Shown: positions 39,016 to 49,911 of the stretch, in pieces
Layout of the letters: every line of letters begins with the position of its first letter
Numbering within the stretch: position 1 is the first letter of the stretch
Translations under genes and position numbers: made by a program
The notes under the pieces: model-generated
What the model was told of the DNA's origin: nothing
What the model saw: the letters and a program-made list of their open reading frames with translations, nothing else
The model's database searches: none
DNA from: Promethearchaeota archaeon
GTDB lineage: Archaea; Asgardarchaeota; Lokiarchaeia; Sigyniarchaeales; SOKP01
Direction: 5' to 3'
Length of the DNA: 64,000 bases
Assembly: GCA_016839705.1 (NCBI GenBank)
Contig: JAEOTR010000019.1
Location: forward strand, 32,001-96,000

Positions 39016-40488
39016 TCATTTTATTTCTGGTCTTTTACTTTGCCAGGGAGCAATTTCCTCAAAAGCCTTAGAAACTTGAAGTACAGTTTTTTCATCATAG
39101 CGTTTTCCAATTATTTGCATTCCAATTGGTAATCCCGAATCTGTCCATCCACAAGGAATTGATGCTGCTGGTAAACCAGTTAGGTTAAAAGGATAAGTAA
39201 AAGAAATCCAGTTGGTTATATTTAGAGCCTTTCCCTTAACTATAGGAAATCGAGTACCAAATTCTGTTTTTTCAACTGTGAAAGCAGGACAAGGTGTAGT
39301 GGGGGTAATTAATACATCATAATCTTTAAAATACGTATGAAATACTTCGTATACCCCTTTACGTTGGGCAATGGCTTTTGCGACGTCTTGCCCACCAAAT
39401 GATAATCCTGCTTTTATAATTCCCTTTAAGTCTGGACTGAGATCTTCAGGTTTTTCATTATAAAATTTTTTGGAATCAAAGGCATAACCCAAGGATGCGA
39501 AAATATTAAATGAATATTCAGGTTTTTTCAATTTCAATTTTACATTCTCAATATCCCAACCATATTGAGTTAATTTTTCAACTTGTTCAAGGATAACTTT
39601 TTCAACTATCTCATCAAGTAATTTAAAAAATCCTAAATTCATAGAACATCCAATCTTTAATTTTTTTGGTTTGCTATCAATTTCTTTTAAATAATCAATC
39701 CCATCGTCAGGAATAGAATATTGATCAAATGGATGATAACCCTTCATTACATTCAGCATCAAGGCAGCATCGCTAACATACCGTACAATTGGACCATAGT
39801 GATCCATATTCCAAAAAAAAATACCCTTAACAGGATAACGCGGGATACGTCCAAATGTGGGTTTCAACCCATAGACCCCGCAGAGACTGCTGGGAACCCT
39901 GATTGATCCGCCACCGTCAGCACCTAAAGCTAATGGCCCCATTCCACTAGCAACAGCAGCAGCAGCACCTCCGCTAGAACCTCCAGATGATCTTTCCAGA
40001 TCCCAGGGATTTTTGGTAAGGCCAAATATTAAATTATCCGTTATACCGGGATGATGCCCAAATTCAGGCATGTTAGTTTTTCCTAATATTACACACCCCG
40101 CTTCTCTCAATCTTTGGACAGCAATATCATCTTTTTCTGGAATCTGATTTGCATAGAATTTAGAACCATATGTAGTCCTTATTCCTTTAGTATCCATCTC
40201 ATCTTTAATTGACGTCGGAATTCCCTGTAAAATCCCCATTTTTTCACCCTTCTTCACTGAGTTATCCGCTTCTTTTGCTAGATCTCTTGCTAAGTCGAAA
40301 GTAGTAGTGCAATATGCGTTGATTAAAGGATTTATCCTCTCTATTCTTTCAATTAAAGTTTCAGTAATTTCTTGCGATGTAAGTTCTTGTCTCAGTATTG
40401 AATCTCTCATGTCACAAGCAGACATAAAACAGATATCTTCTTTATACATTATTATCAATTGTATTTTTTCGATTTTGTTAAAATACAA
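39016..40488 (-). CDS. Amidase signature family enzyme (true start probably near 40449)
   Basis: GIPTSIKD, GKTNMPEF, GGSSGG, DGGGSIRVP, GLKPT. Confidence 0.93.
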   Translation of the reverse strand: MYFNKIEKIQLIIMYKEDICFMSACDMRDSILRQELTSQEITETLIERIERINPLINAYCTTTFDLARDLAKEADNSVKKGEKMGILQGIPTSIKDEMDTKGIRTTYGSKFYANQIPEKDDIAVQRLREAGCVILGKTNMPEFGHHPGITDNLIFGLTKNPWDLERSSGGSSGGAAAAVASGMGPLALGADGGGSIRVPSSLCGVYGLKPTFGRIPRYPVKGIFFWNMDHYGPIVRYVSDAALMLNVMKGYHPFDQYSIPDDGIDYLKEIDSKPKKLKIGCSMNLGFFKLLDEIVEKVILEQVEKLTQYGWDIENVKLKLKKPEYSFNIFASLGYAFDSKKFYNEKPEDLSPDLKGIIKAGLSFGGQDVAKAIAQRKGVYEVFHTYFKDYDVLITPTTPCPAFTVEKTEFGTRFPIVKGKALNITNWISFTYPFNLTGLPAASIPCGWTDSGLPIGMQIIGKRYDEKTVLQVSKAFEEIAPWQSKRPEIK

Positions 40489-40570
40489 TGTGATAAAAGA
40501 GAATATAAATGATTGCTTATTTTGGAATATACAAAATGCTTCAGTACTTTAAAAAAATCTTTAAAGAAAC

Positions 40571-41338
40571 TTGGAAAAGAAAATGATAAAAGGAGTTTTT
40601 TTTGATCTTTTCGGAACGTTAATGATTTACACTGATATGCAAGAAGCTTGGGAAAACTGGTTACAAACACTTTATGATTGTTTTGAAGATTGTGGACTAA
40701 AAATGTCTCAAAAATCATTTGCATCAAAGTGTAACGGGTTTCTTGCAAAGGAAGAACCAGAATTTAAAAAATTTAATCTGACTATTTATGAGAAACGGCT
40801 TTATTCCTTAGGCCTTGATTTAAAGTTACAATTAGAAATAGAAGATATAAGAGAAATGGCAAATAAAACAATAAAAGCTTGGCAAAAATTTGTACCTTTA
40901 GATCCAGATGCAATCTCAATATTAGAAGTGTTAGAGAAAAATAAGATCATTGCTTTAATAACGAATTTTGACCACCCACCTTATGTCTATTCATTATTAT
41001 CCGAATTAAAACTTACAAAATTTTTTAATTCAATTACAATCTCAAGTGAAGTAGGTGTTAAAAAACCCGATCCTACAATTTTTTCGTTTGCTCTAAAAGA
41101 AGCAAAATTAAAAGTTAATGAGGTTTGTTATATTGGGGATTCAAATGAAGATATAGAAGCAGCTCGGAGTGCTAAGATATACCCCATTTTAATCCAACGT
41201 AAAATTAATACTAGAAATGAAATAGTTGACGATTATAATGTAGAAGAACCGCCTTTAAATCCCGATAGATCAGTTGTTATTGATAAGAATGTTAAAAAAA
41301 TTAAGAATTTAAAGGAATTAATTAATATTGTCAATTAA
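40571..41338 (+). CDS. HAD-family hydrolase
   Basis: FDLFGTL, ITN, KPDPTIF, IGDSNED. Confidence 0.88.
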   Translation: MEKKMIKGVFFDLFGTLMIYTDMQEAWENWLQTLYDCFEDCGLKMSQKSFASKCNGFLAKEEPEFKKFNLTIYEKRLYSLGLDLKLQLEIEDIREMANKTIKAWQKFVPLDPDAISILEVLEKNKIIALITNFDHPPYVYSLLSELKLTKFFNSITISSEVGVKKPDPTIFSFALKEAKLKVNEVCYIGDSNEDIEAARSAKIYPILIQRKINTRNEIVDDYNVEEPPLNPDRSVVIDKNVKKIKNLKELINIVN

Positions 41339-42828
41339 CTGAAAAGATCCTTTTCATTTTCTCTCAAACCGTTATATATAATTTTACTTTGAACCATTTC
41401 TCGAGGGTAATATTTTATCCCCGGGGGAAAAGAACTATCTTTCCAACCTCCCAAAGCTGTGCTGATATTAGCTTGCATGGGTTTTGAATTTATATAGAGA
41501 CTTCCCGCTTGTAATTCGGTTGAGAACCGTTCAATATGTTCTGCAGGTGTATAAACAACAGCTCTCATGCCATAATTTGAATGATTTGCGAGATGAATAG
41601 CGTCTTCAAGACTATTTGCTTTAGTTATACTTCTCACGGGTCCAAAAGCCTCTTCGCGCCATAAGAATGGAGCTTTATCAAAATCAAGAATATTTTCTCT
41701 AGGAATTTCTACTAAAGTTGGTTTATAAAAAAGCCCATAACTTTTTCCAGTATCTATTTTTTCAGCCCCACACAAAATAGTGACATTTTTATGCTTCTGA
41801 GCCTCACCAACCATCACTTCCATCATCATTAAAATTCGTCGAGAACCTAAAGGGCCAATATCAGTGGACATATTCCTTGGATCACCCATTTTTAAGGTTT
41901 CAATCTTTTTTAACACAAGTTCAACATATTCGTCATAAATGTCTTTATGAACGATTATTCTTTTCATCGAGAAACATTGCTGGCCCGAATTAGTGTAGGA
42001 AGCTATAACATTCCATTTAGCGACTAAATCTAGATTTACACCAGGCATGACTATTCCTGCATCATTTCCGGCACATTCAAATACAAAGTTCTTAAATGGT
42101 TGATTTACCATATTAACACCAAGATATTTTTCAGTACTCTTTCGAAGATGGTCAGCATAATCCATTAGGATTTGTTTTGCAGTATGAGAAGCAGCGACTA
42201 CTATTAGATTCTTTACTAAATTTGATTCAATAAAAATTTTAGTAGCAAAATCCCCGGGACTAATAACTAAATCAAATGCGCCATTGAACGGAAAATCGCT
42301 TTCAAATATTCTCTCAATACAATATTTCATTGTTAAAGGACAAGCTGTAGAGGGTTTTATTATTGCTGGGTTACCCGTTAGAAAAGCACTACCCCAAAAA
42401 TACATTGGTAAGCTCATAGGAGTATTTCTAGGTGATATCCCAATAGTAAGTCCTATAGGTTGATACTTGATCAATGAAGGTTTTCCGCTTTCCAGATCAG
42501 TTTGACTTCTATCTTGTACTAAATCTTTAAACCAATCAACAAAACTATAACCTTTCTCTATCATGGAAAATTCCCATTCAGAATACTTTATAGGAAGTCC
42601 TCCTTCTGCAACTATTAAATCCTTGATTTTCTCTTTATCTTTAATCAAAACATCTGCAATATCTTTAATAACGTCTATTCGTTCTTCGAGGGTTGTATTT
42701 AAAAGCTTATATTCCCATTGAGCGGTTCTCATAATTTTTTCATTAATAGTTTCTGCTGTATCAGCTTCCAGCGAATCTATAATTTCTCCCGTATATTTAT
42801 TTACAACATCTAATTTCATGTTTATCAA
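41335..42828 (-). CDS. Aldehyde dehydrogenase superfamily protein (divergent)
   Basis: IIKPS, FECAGND, NSGQQC (catalytic Cys), EEAFGP, ANHSNYG, GGWKDS. Confidence 0.88.
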   Translation of the reverse strand: MINMKLDVVNKYTGEIIDSLEADTAETINEKIMRTAQWEYKLLNTTLEERIDVIKDIADVLIKDKEKIKDLIVAEGGLPIKYSEWEFSMIEKGYSFVDWFKDLVQDRSQTDLESGKPSLIKYQPIGLTIGISPRNTPMSLPMYFWGSAFLTGNPAIIKPSTACPLTMKYCIERIFESDFPFNGAFDLVISPGDFATKIFIESNLVKNLIVVAASHTAKQILMDYADHLRKSTEKYLGVNMVNQPFKNFVFECAGNDAGIVMPGVNLDLVAKWNVIASYTNSGQQCFSMKRIIVHKDIYDEYVELVLKKIETLKMGDPRNMSTDIGPLGSRRILMMMEVMVGEAQKHKNVTILCGAEKIDTGKSYGLFYKPTLVEIPRENILDFDKAPFLWREEAFGPVRSITKANSLEDAIHLANHSNYGMRAVVYTPAEHIERFSTELQAGSLYINSKPMQANISTALGGWKDSSFPPGIKYYPREMVQSKIIYNGLRENEKDLFS

Positions 42829-42854
42829 GTTATTTTCTATTTTTTTATTTTATT

Positions 42855-43850
42855 TTATTTATTTTGAGACGCATAATAATTCCTATACCAGGCTATAGTT
42901 TCTTGTAATCCAACATCTAATGGAGTAATCTTATAATCCAACACTTTTATAGCTTTATCAGAATTGTATACCCAATTATGATTTAACATTTTAACTGTTG
43001 CTCTGTTTGTATAAGGCATCTTTTTTGTAATTTTTGTTTTAATTTCACAGAGCCAACCATATAATATACCTAAACTCATTGGAAAATGTCGTGGTTTTTT
43101 TGCGTTCCCCGCAATTTCTGAAATTAAATTAAGCCAATCACCAAATTTTATGTTTACTCCACCAAGGATGAATTCATTTCCCTTCAGATTGTTCCTTTCA
43201 ATAACACTAATAAAACCTTCAACAACATCATTAACATATACAAAACTTCCTATAGTATCACCTTTTCCAGGGCAACCCAAAAATTTACCTACTGTAATAT
43301 CATATATTGTTTGACCGAATATATTAAAATCTCCTGGACCATAAACGATTCCGGGGTAAAATATAATTACATCAAGACCATTTTGAATATATTTTTTGAT
43401 TATTTTCTTTGCTTGAAACTTAGTTTGTGCATAATCAAGAAACAAACCCTCTTCACTTTCAAAAGTCTCATCAACAGGTTCAACAGGAGTAGCTCCTAAT
43501 GCGATAAAGGAACTAATGTAAATAAGTTTTATTCCTTTCTCAAGTGCTACTTTTGCAATATTTTCCATACCTTTGATATTAGTTTCTTCGTAAACCTTTT
43601 CATCTCTTGCCCACATTCGAGTATAGGCCGCGAGGTGGTATATCAAATCAATATCCTCCGTAGCATTATAGAGAGTTTCAATACTATTAACATCACCTAT
43701 ACAATATTCGATATTCTTAAGATCTTGAAAGGTTGATATATTGCTATTCTTTCTTATTAGGAGTTTTAAATTGTACCCTAGACTATTTAACTTTATAACC
43801 AAATGAGTTCCTAAAAAGCCAGTACCACCTGTTATTAAAATATTTACCAT
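42855..43850 (-). CDS. Extended SDR / NAD-dependent epimerase-dehydratase (dihydroflavonol reductase/HpnA-like)
   Basis: TGGTGFLG, HLAA, YAQTK, PGIVYGPGD, FVYVNDV. Confidence 0.9.
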   Translation of the reverse strand: MVNILITGGTGFLGTHLVIKLNSLGYNLKLLIRKNSNISTFQDLKNIEYCIGDVNSIETLYNATEDIDLIYHLAAYTRMWARDEKVYEETNIKGMENIAKVALEKGIKLIYISSFIALGATPVEPVDETFESEEGLFLDYAQTKFQAKKIIKKYIQNGLDVIIFYPGIVYGPGDFNIFGQTIYDITVGKFLGCPGKGDTIGSFVYVNDVVEGFISVIERNNLKGNEFILGGVNIKFGDWLNLISEIAGNAKKPRHFPMSLGILYGWLCEIKTKITKKMPYTNRATVKMLNHNWVYNSDKAIKVLDYKITPLDVGLQETIAWYRNYYASQNK

Positions 43851-44056
43851 ATTTAGACTACCAAAATGTTATTGAAACCTTATATTTTTAAGAGTTACAT
43901 CTTATGTTAAATTTTATGAGAAATGCAATAACTTTGATTTAGAATTATTAGATTATAATTTAATACTCACATCTTTGTAATTCGTAAAACCTTAATTTCT
44001 CCATTTATTTTTCATTGTAACAGATTCGAAATATTATCAGTTGGAGTTTTATTTTC

Positions 44057-45889
44057 TTGAAAAGTCAACATGTAGTAGAGCAAAATCTAACAAACAATTC
44101 AGAATTTAGATTTGAAGAAGATTTTTTTTTCAAAGCTCGAAAGAAAGGAATAGGAGCTTGGATAGTAAGTCATATGCTATATCGGTCTAATAAATATTTA
44201 TTGGCATTATTCTTCACTTCTCTTGTAATGGCATCTTATTTAAATTCATTCATTTATGTCATAATAGGTAAAGCAATTGATGTTTTCTTGGCTGGACAAT
44301 CTGATCAAGTAATCATTTATACATTTCTGGTATTACTTATAGGATTGGGAGGTCCCATCTCGGGATTATTATCAAGAACTTTTCGAGAAATTATTGCTCA
44401 AAGAATAGAGAGAGATGTACGCAGAGAATTCTATTTAAATTTACTAGGTAAAAGTCAATCCTTTCATGATAATCAGAGAATAGGAGATATTATGGCTCGA
44501 GCAACGAATGATGTAAGATTATTAAATTTTCTAATATCACCCGCAGTAGCTATGCTCTTGGTTGCTGCCAATAATCTAATTGTTCCTATTTATTTAATTG
44601 GTACCTCTTATCGACTTGAATTAATGTTACTTCCAATTATATTTAGTATTATCTTTATTTTATATGTCAAAAAATTCTTAAAGAAGCTGACACCCCCCTC
44701 AGAAGAGAGGAGGATAGCCTTTGGATTTATGAACACGGTTTTAAATGAATCTCTAAGTGGGATTGAAGTTGTAAAATCTATGGCTCAGGAAGAAGATAGT
44801 ATTGAGAAATATAAAGAGAGTGCCTTGAGTTATCGAGATGCTGGTATTGAACAAGGAGATATACAAGCAAAATATCTTCCTCTATTATTTCTTTCAATAA
44901 CAATTACCTTGGGTTTAGCAATCGGTGTGTTTTATAATAGAGCCAATATTTTGTCGGTTGGTGGTGTGCTAGGTTTCGTAGGATTATTGCTAAGATTACG
45001 ATTTCCTGTTAATGCTTCAATAAGATCATCTTTGATGGTGAAAGAAGCAGTTATTGGGGCACAAAGACTTTTGGAAATTATGAATAAGAAATCAGAGATT
45101 TATGATAGTGAAGATTCTGTATCTAAAAAAATTAAAGGAAACATAAAGTTTGAAGACGTTACTTTTTCTTATCCCGGTACTCAAAACAAGGTTCTTAAAA
45201 ATATTAATTTTGAAATATCTGAGGGACAAACTGTGGCAATAGTGGGAACAACCGGTTCAGGGAAAACAACACTTACAAAATTAATTTCACGGTTGTATGA
45301 TGTTGATAGTGGTCGGATTTTAATTGACGGGATTGATGTTAGAAATATTTCCTTGGAATCTCTTCGAGACCAGATTGCCTATATTGAGCAGGATATTTTT
45401 ATCTTTTCAGATTCAATCTTTGATAATATTTCTTTTGGAAGAAATCCTTCCAAGGAAGAAGTAATTTCAGTTGCTCAAGAAGCTCAGGCTCATGAATTTA
45501 TAGAAGAATTACCAAATAAGTATGATACTGAGGTAGGAGAAAGAGGTGTGCAATTAAGTGGGGGAGAACGTCAACGAGTTGCAATTGCCCGTGCTTTCAT
45601 CACAAATCCAAAAATATTAGTCTTGGATGATTCCAGCTCATCAATTGATTCAGAAACGGAAGAAAGAATTCAAAAGGCAATATTCAGGGTTTTACGTGGA
45701 AGAACCACCTTCATCATAACTCATAGGCTTTCTCAGATAAGATGGGCAGATTTAATAATCGTATTAAGTCAGGGTGAAATTGTTAACCAAGGATCGCATG
45801 AATATTTGCTAAAAAACTCAGAAGAGTATCGGAAAATCTTTATTAAGCGTTTTGATAAATCATTAACTGAGCTTTTAGGAGGGGACTAA
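44057..45889 (+). CDS. Heterodimeric ABC exporter subunit (TMD + NBD)
   Basis: GTTGSGKT, LSGGERQR, degenerate Walker B (LDDSSS), THRL. Confidence 0.93.
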   Translation: MKSQHVVEQNLTNNSEFRFEEDFFFKARKKGIGAWIVSHMLYRSNKYLLALFFTSLVMASYLNSFIYVIIGKAIDVFLAGQSDQVIIYTFLVLLIGLGGPISGLLSRTFREIIAQRIERDVRREFYLNLLGKSQSFHDNQRIGDIMARATNDVRLLNFLISPAVAMLLVAANNLIVPIYLIGTSYRLELMLLPIIFSIIFILYVKKFLKKLTPPSEERRIAFGFMNTVLNESLSGIEVVKSMAQEEDSIEKYKESALSYRDAGIEQGDIQAKYLPLLFLSITITLGLAIGVFYNRANILSVGGVLGFVGLLLRLRFPVNASIRSSLMVKEAVIGAQRLLEIMNKKSEIYDSEDSVSKKIKGNIKFEDVTFSYPGTQNKVLKNINFEISEGQTVAIVGTTGSGKTTLTKLISRLYDVDSGRILIDGIDVRNISLESLRDQIAYIEQDIFIFSDSIFDNISFGRNPSKEEVISVAQEAQAHEFIEELPNKYDTEVGERGVQLSGGERQRVAIARAFITNPKILVLDDSSSSIDSETEERIQKAIFRVLRGRTTFIITHRLSQIRWADLIIVLSQGEIVNQGSHEYLLKNSEEYRKIFIKRFDKSLTELLGGD

Positions 45890-45894
45890 TTAGA

Positions 45895-47724
45895 ATGGCT
45901 AGAAGAATGGGTTATTTTGGACTAGATGAAGAAGGATATGACAGAATCTATTCAGATAAAGAATTATTTTCTAGAGTTATAAAATTATTTAAACCATATA
46001 GACGGTCAATGGCAATTGTAATTACGTTCATTTGTCTTTCATCAGTTACCAATGGATTAACACCCTTGTTGATGACTTTAATTATTACCCAATTAGAATT
46101 ACATTCAGATCCCACTATTTTAATTTTCTTTATTATAAATACCTTAATCTTGAATTCATTAGGATATATTTTTAACTATGTAAATAGACGTACCAGTAAT
46201 CGAATGGTATATGGTGTATGCTATAATTTACGTAGACAAACTAATTTAAGAGTTCTTGAGCAAGATTTATCTTTCTTTGATAAATATCCAACAGGAAGAA
46301 TTGTCAGTAGGATAAATTCGGATGGGCAGAAATTTGGTGGTTCAGTTACTATGTTTACTGAATTAATTTCTGCTTTCTTAATGTTAATCATTGTAATCAT
46401 TCCCATGATATTTATTAGTGCCTTGTTAACTGGAGTATTTATGCTAATCGTACCGGTTGTATTTGCATTTACTCTCTCTTTTCGTAAAGTTGCAAGAAGA
46501 AAATCCGTATATGGTCAACGTTCCTTAGCACAAGTCAATGCATTTGTTCAGGAATCAATGGCAGGAATTCAAATTATTAAAAGTTTTCGTCAAGAAGAAA
46601 GTCAATTTGATAATTTTGAGGAAATTAACAAACAATCATATCGTGTAAACATGAGTAGAGCGTTATATTTGTCCATACTCTTTCCAAGCTTGGATATCCT
46701 TATAGCGGTTCTATATGCTTTACTTATCTTTTTCGGGGGCAATTTCATCATTCAAGGGGTGCTAAGTGGGGCAGCTATCTATTATTTTCTTCAAGGTTCA
46801 TTAATTTTATTCGAGCCTTTACTTCAAATCGCGGGTTTTTGGCCTCAATTTCAAGAAGGATTAGCTGCTGCAGAAAGAATTTTTGCTCTTCAAGACTCTC
46901 AATCTTATATTAAGCAAGGGGATTATGTTTTAGATGCAATAAAAGGAAAAATAGAATTTGAGAATTTAGGATTTGAATATGTAGCCGGAAAACCAATTTT
47001 CAAGGATTTTAACTTAGAAATCCAACCTGGAGAAACTGTTGCTATAGTAGGGCATACTGGAGCAGGGAAGTCAAGTTTAACAAAAATTTTACTTCGCCTG
47101 TATGAATTTCAATCAGGAGATGTTCGCATAGATGGTCATAGTATACGAGATATTTCACTTACGGAATTTAGAAGATCTTTAGGATTTATTCCTCAGGTGC
47201 CATTCCTCTGGGCAGACACAATTGAAAACAATGTTAAATATGGTTCACCTGATACCTCAAGAGAAGATGTAATCTGGGCTTTAGAACAATCTGGTGGAAT
47301 GGAATGGATCAAAAATCTTGATAAAGGGTTAGATACATTTATCTTGGAAAGAGGAAAAGTTCTTTCAATGGGACAACGACAATTAATTGTATTTGCGAGA
47401 GTTTTATTACAGAACCCATCGATATTAATATTAGATGAAGCAACAGCATCAGTAGATCCTTTTACAGAAGTTCAGATCCAAGAAGCAATGGAAAGAGTCA
47501 TGCAAGATCGAACAACTATTGTTATTGCCCATAGGCTCACCACTGTTAGAAATGTTAATCGAATAATTGTACTAGATCATGGGAAGATTGTTGAAGAAGG
47601 GAATCATGAGAATTTAATGCAAAAAAATGGATATTATGCTAGGTTATACAACACATATTTTAGACATCAATCATACGAATTTATAGAAGAGATAAAGTCA
47701 AAACAATCAGAAGGAACTTTCTAA
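45895..47724 (+). CDS. Heterodimeric ABC exporter subunit (TMD + NBD)
   Basis: GHTGAGKS, LSMGQRQ, LDEATASVD, AHRL. Confidence 0.93.
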   Translation: MARRMGYFGLDEEGYDRIYSDKELFSRVIKLFKPYRRSMAIVITFICLSSVTNGLTPLLMTLIITQLELHSDPTILIFFIINTLILNSLGYIFNYVNRRTSNRMVYGVCYNLRRQTNLRVLEQDLSFFDKYPTGRIVSRINSDGQKFGGSVTMFTELISAFLMLIIVIIPMIFISALLTGVFMLIVPVVFAFTLSFRKVARRKSVYGQRSLAQVNAFVQESMAGIQIIKSFRQEESQFDNFEEINKQSYRVNMSRALYLSILFPSLDILIAVLYALLIFFGGNFIIQGVLSGAAIYYFLQGSLILFEPLLQIAGFWPQFQEGLAAAERIFALQDSQSYIKQGDYVLDAIKGKIEFENLGFEYVAGKPIFKDFNLEIQPGETVAIVGHTGAGKSSLTKILLRLYEFQSGDVRIDGHSIRDISLTEFRRSLGFIPQVPFLWADTIENNVKYGSPDTSREDVIWALEQSGGMEWIKNLDKGLDTFILERGKVLSMGQRQLIVFARVLLQNPSILILDEATASVDPFTEVQIQEAMERVMQDRTTIVIAHRLTTVRNVNRIIVLDHGKIVEEGNHENLMQKNGYYARLYNTYFRHQSYEFIEEIKSKQSEGTF

Positions 47725-47747
47725 ACTATCTCTTAAGATTTATATAT

Positions 47748-48353
47748 GTGTATAAAATTCTTGAATATGAATTAATTAAAGTTTTATCATATATGAAACT
47801 CCTAATGAATAAAAAAAACTTAATAAAGTTATATTCTCAGTTAGATTTACCATTTCAAGAAACTAAACAGCTCTATCTTAAAGAGATATTTAAAACACTA
47901 GAGAGTAAATTTGACCTCCAGAAAAATTCTACACAATTTTTTATCGATTTAGGATCTGGAAGTGGTCAGGTTATCATTTATTGTGCGTTAAACTATGGAA
48001 TAAGATCAATCGGAGTTGAAATTGATCCGATCCTTATAAAAGAAGCCAAATATTCTATTCGATTATTAAAAAAAAGTAATTATGCGAAAAAAAAAGTTTT
48101 AGGAAAAATAACCCTCATATCTGGCGATTTTTTTGAACTTAATTTAAAAGATTATGATTTTATTTACATCTTTTCTTTACCCACAATGCAAAAATATCTC
48201 AGACATGTATTCCAGACTATAAAAAGTGGAGCAATTATTATATCTCATAGGCACCCTTTTAGAAATTTTAAGGGGTGCTTAGATTTGAAGTTCAAATTAG
48301 AACATGAAGGAGATAATCAAGAAGCTACTACATATTTTTACAATAAATTATAG
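47748..48353 (+). CDS. Class I SAM-dependent methyltransferase, possibly an aKMT/FAM173/DOT1-like protein lysine methyltransferase
   Basis: LPFQET, FIDLGSGSGQVII, GVEID, GDFF, DFIYIF. Confidence 0.75.
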   Translation: MYKILEYELIKVLSYMKLLMNKKNLIKLYSQLDLPFQETKQLYLKEIFKTLESKFDLQKNSTQFFIDLGSGSGQVIIYCALNYGIRSIGVEIDPILIKEAKYSIRLLKKSNYAKKKVLGKITLISGDFFELNLKDYDFIYIFSLPTMQKYLRHVFQTIKSGAIIISHRHPFRNFKGCLDLKFKLEHEGDNQEATTYFYNKL

Positions 48354-48459
48354 GTCTAGATTCAAAAAACTAAAAACTATATTATAAATAAAAATAAAAT
48401 TAATAATTATATAATTTTAAAAATTTGAAATTTAAACTTTAAATTAGGTGTAAAATAGA

Positions 48460-49158
48460 ATGGTTTCCGTAACAGGCTGGATAGATGGATTAACCGCGAC
48501 ACTTATTATTCTTTCATCTGTAATTTTTGGATTAATCTCATTATCTAAATCGATAAGATTGAAAGCAAAGCTTCTTTCTATTGCAGGTATCCAGATGATT
48601 TTTGTTGGGTTTTTATGGCTTGGACCGACAATTGATTTAATTCTGGTTCTGTCGACGGGTGCGAATATTAGTCCATTTTCAACATATTCCATATTAAGCT
48701 ATCTTTGGGTTGCTCCAGCATTAATTACAGCGATGTATTTGGGGGGGGAACTTATCCTTCCAAAAGGAAAATGGATTTTAGTTGGGATCTTTATAGTTTT
48801 AGGTGTAATATTCGAATATTTTTTATGGTTTCAAACAAACGATTCATTTACATGGGTTTTAGCAAATCCTGGTGAAGACTTAATAGATGCAAGTTTCGTT
48901 CGTACTCATCCGACATTTCTAATGATAGCATTATTCTTAGTTGCTACATTAGTGTTCTTAGCAATCGGCTTTTTTGTCAAAGCGAAACAAGCAACTGGTG
49001 AGCTTAGAAAAAAATTTATTTACCTTGGATTAGGATTTACTATTTTTGTACTCTGCGGTGCGTTAGATTCGATACTGACCTTACCTTTAGCGATTGGATT
49101 TGTGAGAATAGTAATGGCCACGTTTGCTCTGTGGATGTATTTAGGGTTAAAAACCTAA
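48460..49158 (+). CDS. Standalone 7-TM membrane protein
   Basis: Seven hydrophobic helices and no soluble output domain. Confidence 0.7.
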   Translation: MVSVTGWIDGLTATLIILSSVIFGLISLSKSIRLKAKLLSIAGIQMIFVGFLWLGPTIDLILVLSTGANISPFSTYSILSYLWVAPALITAMYLGGELILPKGKWILVGIFIVLGVIFEYFLWFQTNDSFTWVLANPGEDLIDASFVRTHPTFLMIALFLVATLVFLAIGFFVKAKQATGELRKKFIYLGLGFTIFVLCGALDSILTLPLAIGFVRIVMATFALWMYLGLKT

Positions 49159-49222
49159 TTATTCTTTTTTTTTGTTTAATTAATTTGTTATTATTGAGTT
49201 TTAATTAAAATTAGTAATAAGA

Positions 49223-49564
49223 TCATTTTTTATTGATTTTAACTAAGACTTCCTTGAGATACAATTTCATGAAATATCTTTGGCTATTACAGTAATCAAG
49301 TTTTTGATCACTAGTAAGGTCTGGATAGTTTGATAGAATTGAATGAATATCCACTGATATAGACAGATATTCTTCTTCTGCTTTAGTTAGATTTAGTCTA
49401 GAAAAAGAAAATGGATGGTTTTTGTCTTCAAAAATTAGATGGTTTGAATCTTCCTGTTTAAAAATTTCCGAGACTGGTTCTATTATGATATTTGGATTTT
49501 TATTATGAAAATAATCATATGGTAAAATTGATTTTATACTAGAGATATTCTTCTCTACACGCAC
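49223..49564 (-). CDS. Hypothetical protein (frame extends upstream to ~49603)
   Basis: 113-aa ORF; the frame stays open to ATA/ATT codons that directly follow a GAGGT. Confidence 0.45.
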   Translation of the reverse strand: MRVEKNISSIKSILPYDYFHNKNPNIIIEPVSEIFKQEDSNHLIFEDKNHPFSFSRLNLTKAEEEYLSISVDIHSILSNYPDLTSDQKLDYCNSQRYFMKLYLKEVLVKINKK

Positions 49565-49911
49565 TTCAGAGAGTTCTTTGTTAATATATCCCTTTGAAAT
49601 TATACCTCATCTCGGAGAATTTTAAATTTGATATTATTGAAATTAAATTGATATTTATAAAAAGAGCCTCTCCAAATTTAGTGGAAATGAAAGACATTTG
49701 TATAATAATGGGGATAACACATTAAAAAATGATAGGTTAGTTTTATACAAATTTGATAACATATTCTTTAGCGAACTGCGAAATGGAATTTTCCAAAAAT
49801 TAGAGAAGAATATGATAGTTTAACGGAGGTAATAAAAAGGATTCAAAATTAAGAAAGAATGAAAATTCAAGATATATTGACGACAAAAAAAGAGAGATAA
49901 GTATTTTAATT

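Noticed and set aside
39016-40488. gatA assignment
   Set aside because: It has a generic amidase signature, no gatB/gatC nearby, and lacks GatA-specific motifs such as the RYDG / EVKRRI segments.
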